This document shows, piece by piece, positions 41,101 through 53,990 of a stretch of 64,000 bases of DNA; the first letter of the stretch is position 1; each line of letters begins with the position of its first letter. The translations under genes were made by a program, and so were the position numbers. The stretch comes from Octopus vulgaris (Eukaryota), in NCBI GenBank assembly GCA_951406725.2, contig OX597817.1, positions 121,706,001 through 121,770,000 on the forward strand, read 5' to 3'. The notes below the pieces were generated by a model that did not search any database, was not told the DNA's origin, and saw only the letters and a list, made by a program, of their open reading frames with translations.

Positions 41101-42249
41101 CTTGCTAACGAATGGAGAGAATGTTAGGTTTTGCAGCTGTTTATTGCAATATCGAGGATAAAACTGGTACATATTGAACAAATCTGGTTCTGGCTATTAT
41201 ATGATGCGAAACTGTAATCAGGTTTTCAAACAAATATTAACATAATAAACATGACACTTTTGACTTGGCTCCAAGGTAAGACAACATTATGCGAGGAGAA
41301 AACTAAACATGAAAGCGAGCATTTTAAAAGTTTCCTTTGTTGTGATTGAGAATGAAATGGCGAATTAATGCATTTATAAAATAAGCTGATTGACACTATT
41401 ATTTCAGAAATAACTAACCGACAGTCTTATGTGGTTTACAGCCAAAATAAAATTGATATTGTGTACGAGTCCCAAACATGCAATAAAAAACTTCAACACT
41501 ACTATATTAATATGTTTTCTTTTATGAATTATCGAGTTTATAACACTGTAAAATACATTATTCAACATTAAAGCTATTCAACTATAATTAAATTAGAAAC
41601 CCTCTATAAGATGCATCAACAAATAAAAGATAATGACTGAGAAAATGCAATTATTTTATCTTCATCCATTTCTTTCAGTTTGTCAACTCCAATTATATCT
41701 TACATTCACATTGAACGTATATTTTTAATATAGCCTAAAAGATGCTCCCGATGAATATCTCACTTCCTTTGGTAGAAAATATGCTTATTAACATTGACTT
41801 TTTCTTTGACGGTGCTCACATATTTAATTGCTAATTGAGAGGAGTGGTATCCTAATTTCATTTTTGCTCTGAATGAAGTATGTATATTATAAATGCCTTT
41901 TTATGTCGGATAATGTATTCTATCATGATTAATTTTCTGAGTGTAGAGTTGATGTATAACGATTTCTTTTTTAAAAAAAAAGCATTAAAAGTCATCTCTT
42001 TCGGAAAGTTAGAGTTTTCAAAAGTTATTTAAAAAATAAATAGTTTATGACAGCCATGTACTTTTCCTCTACTCTTATAATTAGCCATTATCTTGTACTT
42101 GGGCAAGATACATTATTTGCTTGTTATGTTGCAGCGGTAAAATTGCGGAAACGAACAAATTACAGGCAAGCTACTGGGTATATTAGCAAATGCATTACAC
42201 ACAAATACACACACATACACAATACACATGCACACACATAGACACACAC

Positions 42250-42955
42250 TTGGGTGCAGGCCCACTGCATGGGACCTTGGAAAATAGCCTTCCACTATAG
42301 CCATGGGCCAATTGATGTTTTTTGAGTGGATTTGGTAGTTTGGTTGACCGAAACTGAAAGACGCCTGTTGCATATGTATATGTATATACATATATATTCG
42401 TATGTGTGCGTGTGAGAGAGAATACGTATGTGGGTCTGCGTGTTTGCGTTTGTCCTCCACCAATGCCAATGTCGGTGTGTTTACGACCTTTATAACCTAG
42501 AAGCTCGAAAAAAAAATACCGATAGAATAAGTTCCAGATTTGAAACAAATAACTACTAAGTCGATGTTTTCAATTAAAACTGTTCGAAGTGGTGAGCCAG
42601 CGCCCCTTTAATCTAATAAATGAAACAAGTAAAATATGCACCATGGAAGATATATATTTTTATCATCATATGAAATTGGTTTATTGGTGCTGATAGAATC
42701 CTCTCAATCGCTAATCTACATAGCCATCTTTAAAACAAATTCCTCTAGATGTTTGTGTCTGTGTTTGTCATCCCGCCATCACTTGCCAACCGATGCTGGT
42801 GTGTTTATGCCCGCGCAACTTAGCGGTTCAGCAAAAGACTCCAATAGTTTAGGTAGAATAAGTCTTGGAGTCGATTTCTTCGTCTAGCACCCTTCAAGCT
42901 GGTGCTCCAGCGTGGCCGCTGTCAAATGACTGAGGGAAGTAACAGAATAAAAGAA
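42250..42955 (+). mobile_element. Family B SINE (42250-42635) plus a second 3'-half copy (42748-42955)
   Basis: cccactgcatgggaccttggaaaatagccttccactatagcc...gagtggatttggtag...aactgaaag, and tgtttgtgtctgtgtttgtc...cttgccaaccgatgctggtgtg...ggtgctccagcgtggccgc...tgactga. Confidence 0.8.
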
Positions 42956-43033
42956 TTTAGATATTGTAATGATATGAGAGATCCTATAATTGTGTTGTCG
43001 TTACAGTTTACTTTCAATTATTTCGCTTTTCAA

Positions 43034-43250
43034 GGCGGGAAGCTGGCAGAAACGTTAGCACCCCGGGCAAAATGCTAAGCGATATTTCGTGTCTTTATGT
43101 TCTGAGTTCAAATTCCGCCGAGGTCGACTTTGCCTTTCATCCCTTCTGGATCGATAAATTAAGTACCAGTTGCGTATTGGGGTCGATCTAATCGACTGGT
43201 CCCGGCCTCATCCAAAATTTCGGGCTTTGTGCTTAGAGTAGAAAATATTA
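43034..43250 (+). mobile_element. Best-preserved family A tRNA-derived SINE (MetaSINE-like central domain)
   Basis: Head ggcgggaagctggcagaaacgttagca (A box TGGCAGAAACG) and B box GAGTTCAAATT; central gaggtcgactttgcctttcatcccttctggatcgataaattaagtacca resembles the Meta/Sauria-type core (from memory); (TAT) tail. Confidence 0.85.
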
Positions 43251-43524
43251 TTTTGATTTTTCGCCATATGACCTATAATCAAAGGCGTTCAAGAGAAGGT
43301 GACAAATTTATGTTTTCCTTAACACGAATTGTTTCATTCAGTGTGTTCTAAGGCTAGAAGAGATTTCACAGATATTTCTAGCAAGTCAATCGACGGCCTA
43401 GATGTTCCCTCATTATCTCTACTTTGAAGGATTAGAGTTAATAGGAGAACTTATATAAGTGCACTATAGAAACGCTCCCTAATCTTCCACCGAACATTAT
43501 ATCTCAATATCTACATAATATATA

Positions 43525-43720
43525 AAGGGGGCGACCTGGCTAAATTATATACCGGGTAAATTACCAAATGGCATACTTCCGATTTTACTTTCTGAATTCA
43601 TATTCTGTCAAGATCGACTTCACCTTTCTCCTTTTCGTAGCCAATAAAAGAAGCACCAGTTAAATACAGGTGTCAATGTAATTTACTGACCCCGTTCCTA
43701 AAACTTTCATCTTTGGGGGA
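43525..43720 (+). mobile_element. Degenerate family A SINE
   Basis: ggggcgacctggctaaa...ttctgaattcatattctgtcaagatcgacttcacctttctccttttcg...gcaccagt. Confidence 0.65.
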
Positions 43721-43739
43721 GGGGCAAGCAGAAAACAAG

Positions 43740-44070
43740 CATTTACTTGCTTTAGTCATTAAAATGCACCCATTCTGAGGCAACAACTTGCAGGGATTTG
43801 TAGTCGAATGAATCGATCTCAGATCTTTAATTTTGATTAGACTGGTACTTATTTCTTAAGCAGTGAGAGAAACAAACGCAGAGACACAAACACACATAGA
43901 TATATATTCATATATAGGACGGAATTCTTTCAGTTTCCGACAACCAAATCTGATCAGAAATCTTCATCGACCCTGGGGTATATAGAAGACACTCGCTTGG
44001 TTTGTCACCGATAGGAACTGAAAGCAGAACCATGTAGTTGAGAAGCAAACTTCTTACCACACATTCAGGC
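43740..44070 (-). mobile_element. Degenerate family B SINE
   Basis: ttctttcagtttccgacaaccaaatc...tagaagacact...gaaccatgtagttgagaagcaaacttcttaccacac is the reverse complement of the family B head and core. Confidence 0.75.
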
Positions 44071-44814
44071 CTAACATGGATATCTAAATATTTTCTGCAA
44101 TTTCTTTCTTGTCACAGAGAGTTGTATTACGAAAATAGGAAATTTCATTTTAGTACTTGAATCATTATTATATAAGTTCCGTTTTAAGACTTTATTTCCA
44201 CGAAAAATACAAACTGGTTTCGGATACCATTTTCAACCAATTCACTTAGCTAGTTGACTGCTGAAATGAATGAACGTTACATAATCTCATACGTTACACT
44301 ATATCTGTAACCTTGAGTCGACATAAAAATCAATGCGAAACAATTCTACAGAATGAAGCAAATATATAGAATTTAATATATTTAGTCTGTGACTTTTGCA
44401 AAATTATTGTCGATATTTTCTAATCGACAAATTTATCAATTGTTAAAAATTTATTTTTGACAGTTTTATGCTTTTCGTGGGTTAAAAGATCAATCATTAT
44501 AGAAAGCAATGTCAAAAGAATATATCTGCTAGCAGAAAATAAGTATTCATCAAAGAGAGAAATACGTTTCTTTGATTTATATTTAGGGAAGTAAGTAAAT
44601 ATATTTTGGAGTGATAAATTTATATATTTAGCATCTATTTCAAAACATTAATAATTTGCATCGTCTTTATACAAATAGAATGATAGGCGATATTATACAT
44701 ATATATAGCTATATGTATGCAAGTATACACCTATGTAAGAACATAAGTATACATAAAAGTATATATACAATCATTTACTTATCTACGTAAATATGTATAC
44801 GAACATATGCTGAC

Positions 44815-44815
<1 letters not shown>

Positions 44816-44883
<68 letters not shown>

Positions 44884-44955
44884 ATGTTATATGGGTGTGT
44901 ATTTTTAAATACATATCTGTGTGTTTGGTTGTGTGCGTGTGTTGTGTTTGTGTGT

Positions 44956-44988
<33 letters not shown>

Positions 44989-45002
44989 GTGAGTGAGAGA
45001 GA
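44816..45002. repeat. (TA)n(TG)n microsatellite
   Basis: Directly visible. Confidence 0.9.
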
Positions 45003-46841
45003 AAACTGAAATTCAGTTTTCATTGTATTGATAAAGAGACACTTCGGATCAGAAGAGTTTTCTCTACGCCTGGTTTGATATTGACTAAAATGTATTTATG
45101 GTTGCTTCTCTGTGACATTGGCATCATAGCGTGTCATAAACCCGATTGATTGATTTCTAAAATGATGTGCCTTTTCTCAAATATCCTCAATTCATACATT
45201 ATAGTAGCCAAAATGAACTGTTCATTTAAAGTTGTCATTTGCTTTCAACTTACACATAATATATATTTCTATGGGCAGTTATTAATAATTCATGTATTTA
45301 ATTCAATAAAAGTGTAACATTGTGTTATGTATGTTTATCTTAATTTTAGATACTATAATTTATGCCACCTTGCATAATTGATGACATTTCTAAGAGAATA
45401 TATAAACATGACTGTAAAGACAAAGAAGAAACATTACAACTCCATAATGTTTCGTATCATGTTTATTAGAGGGAATGCGGCGTTAACTATAAAACGCAAT
45501 TCAAATATAATTGCGTAGAGAATATAGAAAAAAATATAAAATAGAATTTTATTGCGAGAGTTGATATTAATTTCAATTTGTATAATTGCTTCTTACACCA
45601 CTGTAATATTAAACTGAGATATTGTATATGGCGAAATATTGATAGTCTACTGTATGAATATCATTGCATACATATCATTACAAAATATACCATTTGTTAA
45701 TCAGAAAAGTATTCTTTTATACAACGTTGTATAATGAATATTTTCCACTCCAGTATTTCAGTCGAAAGGTAAATAGTAATTTAAATCAATGTTTTAAATT
45801 GATATCAGACTACAGTAGAGTTTTTCTTGAATACAAGAAGTATTGACATCTAAATGTTGCTTCACATAAAATCGAATTTAAGTTTCAATCAGATAAGTGA
45901 ACCAATTACGAACCTGATATGGATATTAACGGTTAAGTCAACAGAACATTCTAAAATACATATTCTAGTATTAGATAATTTTCTTTTATCTGCCGTTTGA
46001 ATGTAGCATACTCAAAACATTAAAATCAATATGCTAAACCAATCTTATATTTTATCAATTTTCGTGTTCATTTCAAATTAGATCACAAGCTACTCACGCA
46101 GTTACGACAGTTTCAGTTAGAAAAGATACTCGCCAGAGTATAGGTTAATTTAGACTTTACTTAATGGATTTGACATACACCCAAAGTTATAAGCAAGAAT
46201 GGTGTATAACTGCTAATTAAACAAATTCACGAAATAATGGTTATTTCATAGATATTGATTCTGATACGTATACATACACCCATGCAAATACTGTACATTA
46301 TTTGCAAATCCTGAATATTACTCAAGTGAAAATTGGAAGTAAAGCATTTATTGTCCATATATTTTCATTGCAGAGTTAGACAAAAGACTCGATATTCCAT
46401 TTTAAGATGTAACATTAAAAGATACGTCTTTAAAGAAAAGAATTGAATAGAAATTTCAACCGTGATTAAATGAATTCCTTGTTCTGCTTTCCATTAACAA
46501 CTAGCCTTTTATTGAAACGATTACTATACTATGAATAAAATCAGCTTTTGTTACGATGTGCAGAAGAACGAATCTACGCCATCATTTTACTTGCTCATTT
46601 TCCAGTTAATACTACAGGGATTAAAACTATAACTACTTAAACACGTAGGTTTTACACTAACTATTCTAATAGCTTTATTTAGCTATACTCATTATACCAC
46701 AATTCTAATACCAGAGTGTAATTTCAAGGGATAATTGCAGAAAAGAGTACGTAAAATTATTTGAAGGCGGGTAGAAGCCAAATTTGAAATAAAGAATTAG
46801 AAGCAGAAGCCAAGAAGACAAAACAAGAGTTTGCATGCATA

Positions 46842-48030
46842 CGAGGGGCGTTCAATAAGTAATGCCCCTGTCCCACTTCCCATAGCAGTAGAGCAACGAA
46901 ACTTGGCACAGTTATTAGTCTTTTTCTACATAGGAACCACCCAGAGTTACGCATTTCTCCCATCGTTTGATGCAGCTCTGAATACCGTTTTTGTAGAAGA
47001 CCCCAGATTGGTCCTCCAACCACGACGTGACTTCAGAAATCAAGGCTGCATCATCTGGGAAACGCTTTCCTTTCAAAAACAACTTCATGGCTGGGAAGAG
47101 GTGAAAATCAGAGGGTGCAGGTCAGGAGAGTAGGGAGAATGGGGGATGAGTTCATAGCCGCACGCCTGTGCTTCTGATCTGGCGACACGCAAGTTGTGGA
47201 TCGGAGCGTTGCCCTGCAGGAGGAAGATGCCTTTGCTGATCTTGCCCCGCCTCTGGTCCTAGAAGACTGTGAGCATGACCTTGCCAGCGGAGGGCTGCAC
47301 CCTTGCCTTCTTTGGAGGAGGTGAGTCCCGGTGCTTCCACTGCATTGACTGGGCTTTGGTCTCTGGATCATAGTGATGGACCCAGGTTTCATCCTGTGTA
47401 ATCAGTCTTTTGAAAAATTTTGACTCATCTTCTTGGCACATCTTCAAATTCATCCTCGCGCAATCGACGCTTTCTTGCTTCTGGAAAGGTGTGAGCAGCA
47501 TGGGAATCCATCTGGCAGACACCTTTTGCATATGCAAATGGTCATGAATGATAGTTTCCACAGACCCGGTACTAATCTTGACCTCATGGGCTATTTGGCG
47601 AATAGTTATGCGTCGATCTTCCAAAATGGCAGCCTCAACTTGACGGACAGATGCCTCATCAATGGCAGAAGGGGGCGACCAGATCTGGGAGCTGTTTCCA
47701 CAAAGTTCCGACCATGTTTGAATTCACGATGCCAGCGTTTTACAAGGTCATATGATGGGGCATCATCACCATAAGTTACTTTTATTTCATCAAAAGTCTC
47801 CCGTGGTGTGCGTCCTTTCAAATACAAAAACCGCATCACTGCTGGACACTCAACAGGCTCCGTTTCACACTTGACTCAGTTCAAACACCTGTAAATCAGA
47901 AACCAAAATTAGTTCAAAGCTGTAATTTGCCACTGAATCTATAGAGATATAAATAATTGCACATGCAAAATTTCAGCTAGATCGAACAACTGCAAGTGGG
48001 TCAGAGGCATTACTTATTGAACGCCCCTCG
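46842..48030 (-). mobile_element. Mariner DNA transposon (DD34D, irritans-like), internally deleted, both TIRs and TA TSDs intact
   Basis: TA at 46840-41 and 48031-32; TIR cgaggggcgttcaataagtaatgcc is perfect over 25 bp and 35/37 identical when extended; 1189 bp long. Confidence 0.95.
46915..47863 (-). pseudogene. Mariner transposase pseudogene
   Basis: HTH region ...VKRWHREFKHGR...PRSGRP, ARWIP (WVP motif), ITQDETW (D1), LLQGNAPIH (D2 changed to G), YSPDL then 34-residue spacing to D3, end GGSYVEKD*. Start codon is ACG, W changed to stop at 47259-61, ~100-bp in-frame deletion near 47252, frameshifts. Confidence 0.92.
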
Positions 48031-48175
48031 TAGGACTTACGAAATAATTCTGTCAAGAGAAAATACTGGTATTTACATAATATCCAATTCGTTTTGTGCA
48101 CTTCTTGCCTATTACTATCGGATGGGTTCAGTTCCTTAATGATCTGCATGATCCCATGTTCTAATATCTACTTAA

Positions 48176-49874
48176 CCCTATATTACATAATGTGCACTTA
48201 AAATGACAAACCGAAAAGTGCCTAAATGTCTGATGTTAATCTAAAGAAACGCTCTTTTTGGTTTTTGAACAGGAGCCCTAGGTGTAAACAAGACTTTACG
48301 GCAAGAAACAACCTTGTATGCTTCAAAACAACAGGCAGACTTATATTTTCAAGAACACTGAAATTCCAAACCGTAAAGCTTCACTAAGCTTATAATTTAT
48401 TAACAAATTATTTTCTACAGTTTCACATGTTTTTCGAGTAACTTATTTTTCGTGGACATTGATAGAAAAGAATGCAAAATATTGTTTTCATTCTCTGTTA
48501 CTTTTAAACAATATTGTGCATTCTACCATGATGACATGCTGAAAGTGACTGCTTGCACAAATTGAGAATTGGAAATTTCAAGCTTTTCTGAGCAACATTA
48601 GAAAGCCTTTCATATCTTTTATCAACTTTTCAGAAAGATGAACTGCAGCAGATTCTGCGGTAAAGAGAAACCACAGTGTTATCGGAAATAGATGGACTTA
48701 TGAAACATGCCCAAATAAACCAGACTTAGACTCTGGAAGATTGCGATGATACTGCTGCAAAATATAGCAAGAAACAAATTGCACAAGCTGTAGTTTGACA
48801 ATTGGTTTTCAGGTGGTGAGCACGTAATGCTTCTACACGAGATGGGTATAGTAATATGTTAGTATAGTGCATGCCTCTTGTTAACCTGGTTGTAATTTTT
48901 CCTTAGACGCAGCATTAAATGGCAGCGGGCTCGGTCGAAGTATGGACGACCTATTTTGATGGTGTGGAGTTTCGCGCGGCAAAATAGTTTGATAGTTGTG
49001 GTATTACTGTTTCCAACATATGAATTAGTCGATCCATCCACTGAAATCTTCAGATTTGACAGAAAATAAAAGTACTCTGTAACTATTCTTTCTCTTCCAT
49101 TTTTCGCGATTTCAGTGAATTCACGGGTGGGGTAGGTTTACTGGATGGACTGTTGTGTCTCTACGGCATCCATGTTCACTAAAAACGTTGTACCACCGAC
49201 ATTCTCGAAATGACTGTGGCTACAATCATGGCTTTTAGTCCGACGTTATGAATCTGAGAAAGCATCAAGCATAAATCTTAGATTTATGTTTGATGCATTC
49301 CCACGTATGAGATCACATAAATCCAATTCAGCCAAAAGAGAACTCTCACCACTAAACCAAATGGAAAGGCAAATTCAGACCAGAAAGTCCAAAGGAACGA
49401 CAGCCCCAATGGCAAACAGGCTAATCCACATGGATCGTATAGATCACAGGCCTCAGTACATGGAAGGGAGTAACAAGGAGAGATGCAAGAATCCAGGTTG
49501 AGACTTCATTTCAAAGGTTAGCTGTGGTAAATGTAATGTTAATTCTTGCATTATAGAAAAATTAAACTGTGTCAAGCACATTCACACTGAATGAAATCAG
49601 TTTTTGTTTTACCATATATCAAGCAGGCACTTTTATTGTTATTCTTGTTTTTTGATAGCCTTTGTGTGATAATAGATTACATTTCAAGTATTTATCTACA
49701 TTTTTAATTTACATTTTGCATGCTATTGCTTCTGACTAACAAAACCCCATATCACCACATATTTACATTTACATAACACTTTACAAGGATTCACTTGTCA
49801 GCTATGAATTTTGATTGAATTTCGGTAAAAATAATTTCTTTGTAACAGCCCTTAATAATTCATACAATATAGGG
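48176..49874 (+). mobile_element. piggyBac DNA transposon relic (internally deleted) with TTAA TSDs
   Basis: TTAA|ccctatattacat ... atacaatataggg|TTAA (TSDs 48172-75 and 49875-78). Remnant peptides: HKL*FDNWFSG (48782-), AAK*FDS, FTGGVGLLDGLL (GGVD motif) and the Cys-rich C-terminus DHRPQY...RCKNPG*DFISKVSCGKCNVNSC...NCVKHIH (stop 49592-94). Confidence 0.88.
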
Positions 49875-49882
49875 TTAAATCC

Positions 49883-50055
49883 AGGCGGCGAGCTGGCAGA
49901 ATCTTTATGGAACCTGACAAAATACCTAACGTCATTTTTCCGACATTTTTTCCCCATATCACCAAGGTCGATAACCAATTAAGCACTGTGATTGGTGTAA
50001 TCGATTTATCCAACCTCCCCCGGAATTACTAGCCGTATGTCAAAATTTGGAACCA
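49883..50055 (+). mobile_element. Family A SINE with internal deletion
   Basis: aggcggcgagctggcagaatc head; ccaaggtcgata...gcactg.gattggtgtaatcga...aatttggaaccaat tail. Confidence 0.65.
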
Positions 50056-50352
50056 ATGTATATTTAAGTCCATATTTCAATCATTTCAGACAAGTCGCTC
50101 CAAAATTTAACAGTCGATATTAAAAGTTACGTAGGAGACATATAAATTAATACTTTTGCGAAATACACTTTTGTCTGGAATTTTATGTCGGTTATGACAG
50201 ATATAAAATAGTTAATGGGGTATTTCAAACTCATAAACTAGAAGTGCAAGTTAAGGTATCAAATTTGGTGTCCAGTAATTTCATCATAGTCACTGTCAAA
50301 GATAAAAGAAGTTATTAAAAGTCACGAAAAATATTTCTAAATGTCATTGTTA

Positions 50353-50390
<38 letters not shown>

Positions 50391-50415
50391 AATAATAATA
50401 ATAATAATAAAAATA
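50353..50415. repeat. (ATG)n(AAT)n microsatellite
   Basis: Directly visible. Confidence 0.95.
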
Positions 50416-50499
50416 ATAATAATAATAAAAATAATACACTGCCTTCCTGAATGTCAAAATGTTGAATACCGCAATGAATATCTGGGCAGTGGCGGTGGT

Positions 50500-52770
50500 C
50501 AGTCATAGTGCGTCCATCCTCAAACGGACTAAGGAGAAAATATCAACACTCGACAGAAAGACGATAAAGTTGGTGACACTGCATGGGGCGTAACACGCTA
50601 AAGCAAATGTAAACAGACTGCATATGAAAAGAAAGAATGGTGGCAGAGGTCTAATTAGTATAGATCATTGTATAAGGAGTGAAAGGAGAACGCTTGCCGA
50701 GTGCTTGATAAATAGCGATGAAGACCTGCTGCAATATGTGGTGATTTACATATAAGGAAATGATAGAAAGGAAAAAAGGCTATGTATATACAGTAAATAA
50801 TGGAGAGGAAGGGACATGTACATACTGTACAAAGGTAAAAAAATGTTTTTGGCGGGGGATGATAGAGATGTAGCCCTCCTAATACAGGATTTCCCTGAAT
50901 ACTGTCCGGGATTTCCCTGAACACCAAGAGCAAGTGCCCTCTCGAATTCCTTCTCTCCGTCTCACAGGTCTACAATTAGAGAGGTACTATCCACTCTTGC
51001 CATTTTCGCAACATTCATCCACCTTTCAGTAAACTAACTCGAGCACAGCACTTCCCTCTACACTCCCAATTTCCTTTTCGAGTGAAACTTGAAGTCAATG
51101 ACTGCTCTACCAAAGAGGAATGTTTCTACCCTCATGCCTTTCAGCCTTGTCCACAAAGCAACTTCTTTTGCTACAGCCACCAGGCAAAGGTAACATGCCT
51201 TGCCTGTTCCACTGAAGGAGGGCGGCAGGGCAACCATCACTACACACTCGGCCGATAGACGGATTCGTCCCACGCGTGACAGCAGCTGTTCCCCGTAACC
51301 CCACAATTCAGCAATGCCCGGACACTGAAAGAGTGCGTACAGAACGGTTTCGCCTTTTTGCGCAGATTTTGGACAAGCCCGTCTGACAGCACAGCCGTGC
51401 CTGTACAGGTGAACTCGAACCGGTAGCGCCCCACACTCGGTACCATTGCCAAGCCGATGACATTTGGAAATTATTCATGATAGTTCCCAACCGGAAACTC
51501 TCCTCGAGAACGCCGTCGCACTTACCCGCTACCAGCCCACTATAAATTTCTAAAGCGGATCATCCACCTATCCCATTTCCAGACAGGTAGAGAGTTGTAG
51601 GAGCTTGACGACATTCTAGGTACCAGGCAACAGCCTCGGTCTTTTCTTCTATCAGGATTCAGCTCCGTCAAGGAAATGAGTTGCGGAAAGACGAGCCTCA
51701 CAAATAGAGCCCACACATGCTCACCATCCAGAAATCGTTGCAGGTGTGTCTGAGCATTAGGAGCAACGGCATAGCTAATCCCCCCACTCAGAGGATGCTA
51801 GCAACACACTGACTGCTTGACCATTAGAACGTGTCCCTTCCACAAAAATTTAAATGAGAGGCGCTCCAAGCTAGTTATGCAGTAATCAGGACGAGCAACA
51901 ATGATCAGGCGATAAATGATAGCACATCTGCCCCAACTTACAGGGACAGCTTCCTCTCAACCCATTTCTATGGTCCAAATTCTTGTCACCCTTCAGGTCG
52001 GGACTAAACCAAAGTCCGATCAGTATAACGCCATCCGATGGCATCGACCTGCTTCTCCAGGAACCCAACCACAAACCCACCGATTTGTCGGCGTTGATTT
52101 TCGCCTCAGTAACCAACTCATATTCCTTTTGGGTGGTGCCGACCGTCTCCACTTCGGAGGCGTCCAACACCATGTCAGTGACGTCTTTCGCGTATGCCGA
52201 CACTGCTCTCCCATGTTCCATTTCGAAAGATATGTCCCTTAACTTTCCAAAATCTGCAGCAGTGTCTCGAGCGCCAATACGTACAGAAGAGGTGACAGCG
52301 GGCATCCCTAACGGACCGTGCGTGCGTTGCCAAAAGGGTCCAATAGGTGGCTGTTACTTTAACCACTGAACAGATTCCGCTGTGCATTGCAGTGATCCAG
52401 CCTCTGAAAACGAACCCGAAACCGTCTGCCTTCAGGACGGCTTCCAAGTAGCTATGGTCAGCACTATCGTATGGTTTCAATTGAACAGAGCCTTCTCTAT
52501 GATATGTCGTAGAAGGTGAAGAATGTCGTGGATAGACCAGATCGGGATTGCTCACGTTTGCGCTTCTCCGACCAGCCTTTCGATGACAAGCGCCGACTTT
52601 TTCGCTAACACCTTGGCCAAAATTTGAAACTCTGTGTTTAGCAGAGTTATGAGCCGAAAATTCCCTAGTACGTACCCATTGTCGGTGTCCTTCCACCGCA
52701 GTGTCACCACATCTATGCTAACAGTACTAGGAATTCTCCCGTTAAACTGCCAGTTGCAGTAGGCGTCGAC
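50500..52770 (-). mobile_element. 5'-truncated Tx1/L1-clade LINE relic (ORF2 RT, C-terminal Cys region, 3' UTR)
   Basis: Minus strand: NFRLITLLNTEFQILAKVLA, DHSYLEAVLKADGFG...WITAMHS, SVR-GC-L (QGCPLS relic), VSAYAKDVT (YADD), EYELVTEAKINADKSVGLWLG; the C-terminus ends ...ARVDSTSLIVDL* near 50962; many frameshifts. Confidence 0.85.
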
Positions 52771-53059
52771 AACGACGAAGGTGAAGATAGTGTCAGTTAT
52801 TGTCGGGTCATTGAGACAGTGTCAGAATGCATCGAGAGGACTGTAAAGGTAATCGGTATAGAGTGCCCAGTAGAGATGTTACAAATGGTTTGTCTGCTTG
52901 ACACGGCCAGAACCATCAGGAAAGTATGATACAGGTGAAGAGAAAAGATAGCATGGTACAGTAGGCTGCAGGTAGCAGGCACGATACACATGAAACTCTC
53001 AAGGATCTCAAAAAAGACTTGAGTAAAGAAGAAGAAAATATATGAAGAAGAATGGCTTT

Positions 53060-53195
53060 CAAATTTAGAATTTGAAGGATAGGGAGGTAGGTAGATTATG
53101 GCGTCCTCAGAGGTCAACTGGTACTTATTTTATCAATCATGAAAGGAATAAAGTCAAAGTCGACCCCAGCGGAATTTGAACGCAAAACGTAAAGA
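53060..53195 (-). mobile_element. Partial family A SINE
   Basis: caactggtacttattttatcaatcatgaaaggaataaagtcaaagtcgaccccagcggaatttgaacgcaaaacgtaaag. Confidence 0.7.
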
Positions 53196-53570
53196 AAGAA
53201 GAAAGATGAAGATGAACGTAATGGTATGGAAAGCAACAGTATCAGTATATTCCAAACAAATCATTAGCAATAATTGAAAATAACAGCAAATATAGTGGCG
53301 TCTAGCTATAATGAAATCAATTTATGAATCAATATTTGTCTTCAGATATTTAGTAAAAACCAGCAGAAATGTCTAAGTGAGAAAAACTATTGAATTGTCT
53401 AGAATTTAAATGGTTGCAAACTTTAATCTCAAGTACGATAAAATCGTATTACAATACCCCACACATGCAGTACTTATACTCTTCTTTATATTGATGTATG
53501 ATAAACGCATACGTATGTCTACATATGATGCATTTAAAAGATTTAGTTAGATGTAGGTACGCGCTATTTA

Positions 53571-53573
<3 letters not shown>

Positions 53574-53608
<35 letters not shown>

Positions 53609-53787
53609 GAGGAAGAAGAAACAGACTTGTTCATCCACATTCAAACACGCTTTCTAATCGGTCGCATGAACTTTGCTTTAACTGCTCTTTCTCCCCCTTT
53701 GTCTTTATGTATGTATGTATGTATGTATGCATGTATGTATATATATATATATAAGTACATATATATGCATGCATACACATAAACACA

Positions 53788-53851
<64 letters not shown>

Positions 53852-53990
53852 TACACACACACGCGCACACATATATATGTATACTCGTATGTGTTTTTGT
53901 GCTCATGTAGATATCCGTATGTGCACATTCATACATTTATATGTGTGTATGTGTGTGTATGTGTGTGTGTGTGTGTTTGTGTATGCATAT
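53574..53990. repeat. (TA)n/(TATG)n/(CA)n/(TG)n microsatellites
   Basis: Directly visible. Confidence 0.9.

Noticed and set aside
43034-43120. tRNA gene calls at SINE heads (also 59501-59570)
   Set aside because: A and B boxes are present, but there is no cloverleaf and they continue into multi-copy SINE bodies.
49499-49501. TGA at a Cys position in the piggyBac Cys-rich domain (selenocysteine?)
   Set aside because: The element has many other stops and deletions; an ordinary nonsense mutation explains it.
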